DNA of 64,000 nt from Vicinamibacterales bacterium (GTDB lineage: Bacteria; Acidobacteriota; Vicinamibacteria; Vicinamibacterales; UBA2999). The notes below the pieces were generated by a model. The model did not search any database and was not told the DNA's origin. It worked only from the letters and a program-made list of their open reading frames with translations. This document shows, piece after piece, positions 27,477 to 35,114 of this stretch. Every line of letters begins with the position of its first letter. Position 1 is the stretch's first letter. Both the position numbers and the translations under genes were made by a program. The stretch covers positions 12,021 through 76,020 of the forward strand of contig DASROF010000112.1 of assembly GCA_035647075.1 (NCBI GenBank). The letters run 5' to 3'.

Positions 27477-30095
27477 CTAGAAGTTAAACCTGATTCCCAG
27501 GTTCACATCCCTCGGCTGCCCCACGCTCGTCGCCAGCCCGAAGAACGGCGATGAGAGGTTGCCGGTGTAGCCGGTGTGCGTCACGTGGTTCAGCACGTTC
27601 TGCGCCTGGACGAAGAACTCCATGCTCTTGCCGCCGCCGACGTTGCCGCCACGGCCACCGGGACCACCAAAGCCCTGGCCACCACCGCGAACTGGCGCAT
27701 TGACGCCGCTCAGTGAGAACCGACGGCTCAGGTTCAGGTTCAGCCCCCAGGTCGTGTCGCCGCGCAGCGAGTTGCGGGTCACGCCTTCGGGCCGGTCGTT
27801 GAACACACCGTCATCGTTGTCGTCGCGACCCGTGGTCATGTTATAGGGCACGCCGGAGCTGACATTGAGATTCACGTTCCCGCGAATCCCGAACAGGATG
27901 GGCGCTTGCGCCTGCAACTGCAGCCGGTGGCGGATGTCCTGACGTGACGGACCCCAGTCCAGATCCGGGTTCAGATTGTCTGACGGCAGCGAGGTCGCGC
28001 CATCCGCGAAGTTCTTCTCGTGGCCGAAGGTGTAGTTCACATTGAACATCGCGGGCTGCTGATTCTTCAGCTGCAGCCTCACGCGGGTGCCAACGGTCAG
28101 CCGGTCGCTCGAAGACCTGCCGGTCGACTCGAACTGTGTAATGTCGCCGAAGGCCGGGTTCGGCCGCACGCCGTCCACGGGAGCGTTCACGTTGCGCGAA
28201 CGCATGAGATTGGCGCCACGCAGCACCTGATATGAAGTCTGCAACATGATGTTCGGCGTCAGCTGCCGGTCATAGCTGATCGACGCCTGGTGCACGCGTG
28301 GCATTTGAAGGTTGTCGCTGGCCTGAATCCGACCGCTCGGGGTCATGGTGAGGCCAGCCGCGACGGCGTCGAGATTCACAACGCTGGCGCAGTAGTCGTT
28401 GGCTTCGATGCACGAGACGCGGATATCGCGCACCGCCGTGCCGTCGACGCGCAGCGTCTGGTCGTAGAGGCTCGCGTCGTACCAGTCATAGAAGAGTCCG
28501 TAGCCGCCGCGGATCGCGGAGGTCTGGCTGCCGAACGGCGCCCAGGTCAGGCCGATGCGCGGCATCAGGTTCAATTTGTCATCGATGCGCGACTGCAGCT
28601 CGTTGCGGACGCCGAGGCCGAGGGTCAGGTCGCGGTGCACGCGAAACTCGTCGGACCAGTAGACGCCCGCCTGATACTGACTGAAAGCGGTGTCGAGGGT
28701 GCCCAGGCGCTGCGAGAACTGCGCTGGCAGGCCGGCCGTGAAGTCCTCGATCGTACGGTACGTCCAGGTGCCCGCGGCGTTGCGCTCGTCGAAGTTCGAG
28801 TAGAACGCGCCTTCCACCAGTGCGCCGGCACGCATCTGATGCTTCCCGACCGTAAAATCGAAGTTATCCGCCAGCTCCAGGCGCTTCGTCGAGCTGTCGC
28901 TGTTGACTCCCGCGCCGCCTCGCGTGAAGGCGTCCTGTACGACGATCGTCTGCGCCGATGACGCCGAGAACGCCGCGTTGCCGCTCGTCGTCAACTGGAG
29001 GCGCGCTTCGTTCAGGTACTTCGTGCCAAGGACGCTCTGCAGCCGCGCACGGAACTGGGTCGAGTCGCTGGTCCGCGTCGATGCGCGCTCGGGCAGGTTG
29101 AAGCCGCCAACACCCTGGTTGAGCCCCTCGGTGGCGCTCCGCTGCAGGTTGAAGATCAGGCTCTGGCTGGCCGAGAGTGAATGCTCGAGGCCGAACTGGA
29201 AGCCGTTCTGATCGTTTGTCGACCGCACGGCGTCGTTGATACGCGCGCCGGCTTCGTTGACCGCGACGATCGGGTTCGAGTTGAAGCGGCTGTTGCCGTT
29301 CGCCTGGAAGCTGAATGACGTTTTGCCGGCGACGATCGGCCCGCGAAGCCCGAACTGCACGTTGCGCTCCTGCGAGGGCGTCTCGACCAGTTGCTGCGGT
29401 TGACGGGCGTTGAATGCGTCGCCGCCGAGCGTCACGCTGCCGCTGCCGCCCCAGTTGGTGTTCGGCTTGGTGATGATCTCGATCTGTGCGCGACCCGCGT
29501 CGTGGTTGTCCGACGCATAGTTGTTCTGACGGAACCGGATCGACCGGATCTGGTCGCGGCTTGGCAGCCGCCCGCCGCTGAATCCGTTCATGAAGAAGGT
29601 GGCGCCTCCCGGGCCCGCCATCGAGGAGAGGTAATCCGCCAGCTCGTCCGGATCATCGGGCAACGCGTCGAGCTCTTCCTGCGTGAGCGAGAACGACGAA
29701 GCACTCTTCGACGCCTCGGGTGCGCTCGCCTGGCTCACCTCGACTTCCGCCTTGAACCCTTCGATCTGCAGCGTCACCGTCTGGTTCATCGCTCCGCGCT
29801 TCAGCGTCAGCGGCGCGTCGAACGGCATGAAGCCGGGGAACTCGACGTGGACCGTTACCTGCCCCGGCGTGAGGTTCGACGCGGCCACACCGTGGTCGTC
29901 GGCGGTGAACTCAGTCGGTTCGCCGGCAGCGGGCTTCACAGTGACGGTGGCAGCGGGAATCCCGGCGCCCGTCTGGTCCACGATGATCAGCCGCAGTTGA
30001 GTCTGATTCGCGGCCGTTTGCGCGAACGCAGAGCTGGCCAGTGAAACGAGGGCGGCGGCAACAACCAGGCGCTTCGTCAAATGCATGCCGAGCAT
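27477..30095 (-). CDS. TonB-dependent-receptor-like outer membrane barrel with N-terminal carboxypeptidase-regulatory-like domain
   Basis: 872 aa with a signal peptide. N-terminal Ig-like domain (LRLIIVDQTGAGIPAATVTV), a long beta-rich body, and C-terminal ...NLGIRFNF ending in Phe. Confidence 0.75.
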   Translation of the reverse strand: MLGMHLTKRLVVAAALVSLASSAFAQTAANQTQLRLIIVDQTGAGIPAATVTVKPAAGEPTEFTADDHGVAASNLTPGQVTVHVEFPGFMPFDAPLTLKRGAMNQTVTLQIEGFKAEVEVSQASAPEASKSASSFSLTQEELDALPDDPDELADYLSSMAGPGGATFFMNGFSGGRLPSRDQIRSIRFRQNNYASDNHDAGRAQIEIITKPNTNWGGSGSVTLGGDAFNARQPQQLVETPSQERNVQFGLRGPIVAGKTSFSFQANGNSRFNSNPIVAVNEAGARINDAVRSTNDQNGFQFGLEHSLSASQSLIFNLQRSATEGLNQGVGGFNLPERASTRTSDSTQFRARLQSVLGTKYLNEARLQLTTSGNAAFSASSAQTIVVQDAFTRGGAGVNSDSSTKRLELADNFDFTVGKHQMRAGALVEGAFYSNFDERNAAGTWTYRTIEDFTAGLPAQFSQRLGTLDTAFSQYQAGVYWSDEFRVHRDLTLGLGVRNELQSRIDDKLNLMPRIGLTWAPFGSQTSAIRGGYGLFYDWYDASLYDQTLRVDGTAVRDIRVSCIEANDYCASVVNLDAVAAGLTMTPSGRIQASDNLQMPRVHQASISYDRQLTPNIMLQTSYQVLRGANLMRSRNVNAPVDGVRPNPAFGDITQFESTGRSSSDRLTVGTRVRLQLKNQQPAMFNVNYTFGHEKNFADGATSLPSDNLNPDLDWGPSRQDIRHRLQLQAQAPILFGIRGNVNLNVSSGVPYNMTTGRDDNDDGVFNDRPEGVTRNSLRGDTTWGLNLNLSRRFSLSGVNAPVRGGGQGFGGPGGRGGNVGGGKSMEFFVQAQNVLNHVTHTGYTGNLSSPFFGLATSVGQPRDVNLGIRFNF

Positions 30096-30131
30096 TATTC
30101 CGGGCTGGACCGGCGTGGTGATTAACGCTGG

Positions 30132-30164
30132 GCAAACAGATCGTTAAGAACGCTAACTGTTTGC
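30132..30164. promoter_or_regulatory. Inverted repeat GCAAACAG-N17-CTGTTTGC (inner CGTT-CTT-AACG) between the kinase stop and the OMP start
   Basis: Read directly, in an AT-rich island. It could be an operator for the OMP gene or a terminator-like hairpin after the kinase gene. Confidence 0.35.
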
Positions 30165-30202
30165 TAATTGGATGTTTTCGTACGAGTTGCGGGCTTCGGC
30201 GT

Positions 30203-32893
30203 TCACTTCGGCGAAGACTTGCCCTTCACGAGGGCGGGCCAATTCACCACCGTCCTTATGGGCGTGGCATTGGGATCCTCGGGCGACAAGGCGAGCAGAA
30301 AGCGCTGGCCGTCTCCTCGCACATCGTACGGCGCGCCTGTCAGCGGCTGTCCGGAGAATCCGAAGTTGGTGCGGAACAGAACGGTCGATGAGCCGACAGT
30401 GAAAGTGGGGCCTGGCGTGACAGCGACCGCTACGAGGTCACCATTCGCCGCAACGTAATACAGCTCCCGACTGTCGCGACGCCAGCGGGGAAAAGCGCCG
30501 CCATTCATCGACACTTGCCACTTTCCTCCCGCGGGATTTGGAAAAGGCTGAACGACAATCTGACTGACACCGGTTTCATTCGTCGCGTATGCCATCCACC
30601 GGCCATCCGGCGAGATCGAGGCGCCGTATTCGTCGAACTGCGATGCGGCATACGCGAATGGTTTGGCATCGCCCGTCAGCGGAAGCACCCACAGATCCCA
30701 CGGTGAACCGCCGGTCGTTGACTGCGCGTAGACAAGATACTGGCCATTGAGCGAGTAGGAACGCGGCGTGCGGGCGATCCCCTTTTCGGGCGCCGCAATC
30801 TGCCGCTCCGGGGCCGCTCCATCGGCGACCCTTTCGTACATCGTTGGACCCTCCGCATGTCGATGCGAGTCCCAGGCTACGCGGCGACTATCGGCAGACC
30901 ACACCGGTCCATGGTCGTGCCCTGGATCGGTCGTCAGGCGCGTTTTTACGCCGTGCACCAGGTCATAGACCCAGATATCGTCGGGGCCATTGGTGGCTTC
31001 GGAGTAGGCGACGCGTTCGCCGTCCGGCGAGAGCTGAATCGACACACCGCGAATCGGTGGACCGACCGGTTCGCTTTGCTTACCGTTGCGATCCGCCCAC
31101 ACGAGCGAGCGGTTGCCGGACCCGCCAGCCCTGGTGCGGTAGGCAACAACACCGGTGTCCGAGGCCGTCAGTACGGGAACCTCATCGCCGGCGAACGTCG
31201 CGACATCGGTCGCCAACGGAGTCGCATCGCCGGTGAACGCGAGAGAGCCAGGATCAAACGGCCGCGCGAACGCCGTTTGATCGCGGACCGTGATGAGGTA
31301 TCCGTCTGCGTATTGGGGACAGGTGTCCCCCGCCATCAGACGCGTGCGCGCGGTCGCGCCGAGCTCGCTGGCGTAGATGGCGCGCGTTTCCGGCTTATCG
31401 CCGTACGCCAGATAGATGTAGTGCTTGCCATCTGGCAGGAACGACGGGCAGTCGTGATACAGCTCGTCCGGGTTCCGCTTTGTCACGTCCGTCAGAGTGC
31501 CGCCGGTGGCTGGAACAGAGCGGAGGCCGTGCTCGTTGGACGCGATCAGAATCGTTCCGGTGGTACTCCACGAGCTGCCGCCATGCTGGCCGTCCACAGC
31601 GGCGATCGTCTCGACCACACCGCCGCCCGGTTCGACCCGCTTCAGCTTTCCGTCGAGCACGAACGCGACGTACCGGCTGTCAGGCGACCAGAACGGCGCC
31701 GAAAAGCTGTCGACGCCATTCGTTCCAGGAAGCTGGCGGGGTGTGAGGTCGTCGAGCGAGCGAATCCACAATCCCACCGAATTACCGGTGCTGGCTGCGT
31801 ACACCACACGACGACCGTCAGGTGAGATTGCGATCGATTGATTGATGGGGGAATTCTCGACGGGAATCTCGAACAGGAGCGGTTGCGCGTCAACGGGCGC
31901 CCGCCAGTAGGTGGCACCGCCAACGCCGGCAACCAGCAGCAGCACTGCAGCGGCGGCGCCGCCGAACAGCTTCCACATCCGGCGTCCGCTCTGCGCTGGA
32001 GCGGCAGCAGTGGCACCTGGTGCCGCAGCCGGATCGAGCAGCAGCGCGGCATCAGCCGCACCGCTGAATCGCAGCCGCGAATCCTTCTGGAAGCAACGCG
32101 TCAGCAGCCAGCGAACGCCAGCCGGCGTGTCCGGCGGCAGCTTCGACAGGTCCGGATCTTTCGTGACGACCGCAGCGATCACATCCGTGACCGTCTCCCC
32201 GGGGAATGCCTGCTTGCCCGTCAACATTTCGTAGAGCACGCAGCCGAAGGCCCACAGATCCGCTCGCCGATCGGCTTCCTTCCCCCGCGCCTGCTCAGGA
32301 CTCATGTACGCAGCAGTCCCGAGCATCATCCCTGCGTGCGTCGCCAGCGCGGGAGATGTAATCGTCGGCGACAGCGACGAACCCGGAAGCGATCCAGCAG
32401 CTGCGGACGATTCCGTCAGCTTCGCCAGACCGAAGTCGAGCACTTTAACGACTCCAGTCTTCGTGAGGCTGATATTGGCCGGCTTGAGGTCGCGGTGGAT
32501 GATTCCCTGATCGTGTGCGGCGTCGAGCGCGGCGGCGATCTGCCGGGCGATCTCGAGCGCGTCGGCCACCGGGATTGGCCCGCGCCCAATGCGCGCGGCA
32601 AGAGTCTCCCCTTCGACCAGCTCGAGCACCAGCGCGCGCACGTCGTCGTGCTCTTCGAGGCCGTAGATCGCGGCAATGTGCGGATGATTGAGCGAGGCGA
32701 GCACCTGGGCTTCTCTTGCGAAGCGCGCGAGCCGCTCGGAATCGCCGGCAAAAGACGCCGGGAGCACCTTAAGGGCGACGTCACGATTCAGGCGCGTGTC
32801 GCGGGCGCGATAGACCTCTCCCATCCCGCCCGCGCCAAGCGGGCCCACGACTTCGTAGAAACCTATGCGTGTCCGGTTGGAAAGAGTTCCCAC
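30203..32893 (-). CDS. Membrane Ser/Thr protein kinase with extracytoplasmic TolB-like beta-propeller region
   Basis: 896 aa. Kinase motifs GAGGMGEVY, HRDLKPAN, DFGLA, SPEQ, and one TM (LFGGAAAAVLLLVAGVGG). Repeated SPDG/WSPDS propeller blades follow. Confidence 0.85.
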   Translation of the reverse strand: MGTLSNRTRIGFYEVVGPLGAGGMGEVYRARDTRLNRDVALKVLPASFAGDSERLARFAREAQVLASLNHPHIAAIYGLEEHDDVRALVLELVEGETLAARIGRGPIPVADALEIARQIAAALDAAHDQGIIHRDLKPANISLTKTGVVKVLDFGLAKLTESSAAAGSLPGSSLSPTITSPALATHAGMMLGTAAYMSPEQARGKEADRRADLWAFGCVLYEMLTGKQAFPGETVTDVIAAVVTKDPDLSKLPPDTPAGVRWLLTRCFQKDSRLRFSGAADAALLLDPAAAPGATAAAPAQSGRRMWKLFGGAAAAVLLLVAGVGGATYWRAPVDAQPLLFEIPVENSPINQSIAISPDGRRVVYAASTGNSVGLWIRSLDDLTPRQLPGTNGVDSFSAPFWSPDSRYVAFVLDGKLKRVEPGGGVVETIAAVDGQHGGSSWSTTGTILIASNEHGLRSVPATGGTLTDVTKRNPDELYHDCPSFLPDGKHYIYLAYGDKPETRAIYASELGATARTRLMAGDTCPQYADGYLITVRDQTAFARPFDPGSLAFTGDATPLATDVATFAGDEVPVLTASDTGVVAYRTRAGGSGNRSLVWADRNGKQSEPVGPPIRGVSIQLSPDGERVAYSEATNGPDDIWVYDLVHGVKTRLTTDPGHDHGPVWSADSRRVAWDSHRHAEGPTMYERVADGAAPERQIAAPEKGIARTPRSYSLNGQYLVYAQSTTGGSPWDLWVLPLTGDAKPFAYAASQFDEYGASISPDGRWMAYATNETGVSQIVVQPFPNPAGGKWQVSMNGGAFPRWRRDSRELYYVAANGDLVAVAVTPGPTFTVGSSTVLFRTNFGFSGQPLTGAPYDVRGDGQRFLLALSPEDPNATPIRTVVNWPALVKGKSSPK

Positions 32894-32897
32894 GCGG

Positions 32898-33737
32898 TTA
32901 CTTGAACTTCTCCACGAACTTGAGGAGCATCCGGTTGAACTCGATTGGCTTCTCCATCATCAGGAAGTGCGCCGTCTCGGGGATCGTGTAGTAGTCCGCC
33001 TCCGGATACAGCGTCTTGACTGCCTGCTCGGTCGCCAGCGGCCGCGTCCCGGCGTAGACGGCCAGGACGGGAGCCTTGATCTTCTGATCAGACAACTGCG
33101 ATTGATCCCATGTCGCAGCCATGGCGCCCGCTGCGGTCGCTTCGGGAGTGCCCATCATCATCTTCAGGATGTGCTGCTGCAGGTCGGGAGTGGTGGCCGG
33201 CCCGAACATCCCTTTCACCATCGCCTCGCGCGAGGCGATGGTCACCGCCGGGAGCGGTCCGCGACCGGGCTGTCCGGGTTGAATCCCATTGGCGGACAAC
33301 TGCACCAGGCCGTCGACGAGCACCAGGCCGTCGACGAGCACCAGGCCCTTCACCCGGTCCGGGAACATCAGCGCGTATTTCCGAATCACTGGCGTTCCCA
33401 TGCTGTGTCCGACGAGGAAGATCTTGTCGACTCCCGCTTCGACACGCACGGCTTCGATGGCGCGCGCGAAGACCTCCATCGTGAACGTCTTCGGCATACC
33501 GCTCTTGCCGTGGCCCGGCAGGTCGAGCGTGATCACGCGGTAACTCTTTGAAACGACGGGCACCTGCTCGCGCCAGGACGTCTCGTCGCACGTCCAACCG
33601 TGGACCAGGACAACGGTCTGCGCGCCTCTCCCGGAAGACGTCCAATGAATCGTTGCGCCGTCAACGGTGGCGGCGGGTGCCGCCGCTGGGGCCGTCAGCA
33701 AGAGCGCCGCGACAAGTGCGGTGGTCAGGATGCGCAT
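32898..33737 (-). CDS. Secreted alpha/beta hydrolase
   Basis: Likely start is MRILTTALVAALLLTAPAAA (internal Met of the 303-aa ORF). HGW oxyanion region, nucleophile elbow GHSMG, C-terminal HF. Confidence 0.75.
   Translation of the reverse strand: MRILTTALVAALLLTAPAAAPAATVDGATIHWTSSGRGAQTVVLVHGWTCDETSWREQVPVVSKSYRVITLDLPGHGKSGMPKTFTMEVFARAIEAVRVEAGVDKIFLVGHSMGTPVIRKYALMFPDRVKGLVLVDGLVLVDGLVQLSANGIQPGQPGRGPLPAVTIASREAMVKGMFGPATTPDLQQHILKMMMGTPEATAAGAMAATWDQSQLSDQKIKAPVLAVYAGTRPLATEQAVKTLYPEADYYTIPETAHFLMMEKPIEFNRMLLKFVEKFK
33303..33347. repeat. In-frame 18-bp tandem repeat (2.5 copies of CACCAGGCCGTCGACGAG) inside the alpha/beta hydrolase gene
   Basis: Read directly. It encodes GLVLVD-GLVLVD-GLV on the minus strand. 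Confidence 0.9.
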
Positions 33738-33747
33738 GTGACGCCTT

Positions 33748-35049
33748 TCATTTGAGCGAACCAAGCAAGGCCAGATCGACAGCCTCGCCCATTGCCTTGT
33801 AGCCGGCATCGCCCGGATGGAGATGGTCGCCGGAATCGTACGCGGGCAGGAACTTCGTCGGCGCAGCCGGGTCCCGTGTCGCCTTGTCGAAGTCGATGAC
33901 GCCGTCGTATGCCTTGCTGCTCCGGATCCACTCGTTGAGCGCCTGGCGCTTGGCTTCGCCCTCAGCCGAGTAGTACGCCGCGCCTTCGTATGGCGTCAGC
34001 GTGGCGCCGTAAATGCGTAACCCGCGCGCGTGCGCGCGCTCGATGAGTTGCTTATGCCCGGCAATGAGGTCCTCGGCGCTCGGCGATGGGTTGGCGCGTG
34101 CGATGCCGATGTCGTTGATGCCCTCCATTACAACGACGTGGGTCACGCCGGTCTGCAACAGCACGTCGCGATCGAACCGCGCCAGGGCACTGACGCCGGC
34201 ACCATCACCTAACACCTGATTGCCGCTGATCCCGGCATTGAGGACCGCAACCGCGCTCCCCTTTCGGGCGGCAAGCCGGCGCGCCAGCACGTCAGGCCAG
34301 CGTGAGTTGGTGTCCGGCGTGGACGCTGCACCGTCGGTAATTGAATCGCCAAACGCGACTACCGCCGTCGTGGCGTCAGGCGCAACGACCTCCACCCGCG
34401 CGAGCAGAAACCACGCGTTCGTCGTGCGGGCGACAGGTAACGTCGCCGAGCCGGAATGGTTCCCAGCCTCAGAGAGGTAGTTGGTCTGACTTGCCCCGTT
34501 GTGCGTGGTCACAGGCGACGGGCTGACGCCGAGATCACCCGGAAGAAATAGATCGACGGCCAGATCGGAGACCGGCGGTACCGCGAGTTCGACCGGATCG
34601 CTGACGAGCGTGGCCCCGGCGCGAATGGTGGCCGTGGCGCTGCCACCGAATGTCAGCGGCTTCACTGACGCCGCCATGACTGCCGAGTCCTTGTCCCGCA
34701 ATGCCGCATGCGCAGCGCCGATCTGTACGGGCGCGGTGCCGAAGGCGTTGCTCACTACAACTCGAATGCGACTGCCGCCGACGCTCACCCGAACGATCTG
34801 ACGAATCGTTTGATTATTGACCGTGATGGGCGGGGCCCCACCGCGCCCGCCGCCACGGCCTTGAGGAGGCGGAGCAGCCGTCAACGCAGGAGCCGCGGCA
34901 CTGGGCGCGGGCGCGACGGGCTGCGCACGTGCGACGAGAGCGGTAGCCCAGGTTGCAACCCACTTTTCGTTGCGACGTGCCTGGGCGAAAGCCGGGGACG
35001 CGATGAAGAGAACGAGCGCGAGGGCGATGAATCGGCGTCTCAGCAGCAT
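33748..35049 (-). CDS. Secreted SGNH/GDSL-family hydrolase with N-terminal extra domain
   Basis: 433 aa with a signal peptide. SGNH blocks FGDSITDG, GINDIG and DHLHPG in the C-terminal half. Confidence 0.7.
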   Translation of the reverse strand: MLLRRRFIALALVLFIASPAFAQARRNEKWVATWATALVARAQPVAPAPSAAAPALTAAPPPQGRGGGRGGAPPITVNNQTIRQIVRVSVGGSRIRVVVSNAFGTAPVQIGAAHAALRDKDSAVMAASVKPLTFGGSATATIRAGATLVSDPVELAVPPVSDLAVDLFLPGDLGVSPSPVTTHNGASQTNYLSEAGNHSGSATLPVARTTNAWFLLARVEVVAPDATTAVVAFGDSITDGAASTPDTNSRWPDVLARRLAARKGSAVAVLNAGISGNQVLGDGAGVSALARFDRDVLLQTGVTHVVVMEGINDIGIARANPSPSAEDLIAGHKQLIERAHARGLRIYGATLTPYEGAAYYSAEGEAKRQALNEWIRSSKAYDGVIDFDKATRDPAAPTKFLPAYDSGDHLHPGDAGYKAMGEAVDLALLGSLK

Positions 35050-35056
35050 GACGCCG

Positions 35057-35083
35057 ATTGTATCTCGCTGGATCAGTTGTCAG
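35057..35083 (-). promoter_or_regulatory. Sigma70-like promoter for the SGNH hydrolase gene: CTGACA-N15-TACAAT, with the -10 box 7 nt from the ATG (leaderless candidate)
   Basis: Minus-strand reading is CTGACAACTGATCCAGCGAGATACAATCGGCGTCATG. The spacer is short (15 nt). Confidence 0.35.
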
Positions 35084-35086
35084 CTG

Positions 35087-35114
35087 CTACTTGCTACTTG
35101 CCACTTGCTACTTG
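35087..35114. repeat. Four tandem heptamers CTACTTG/CTACTTG/CCACTTG/CTACTTG directly abutting the dcp stop codon
   Basis: Read directly, just upstream (minus-strand sense) of the candidate SGNH promoter. Confidence 0.9.
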
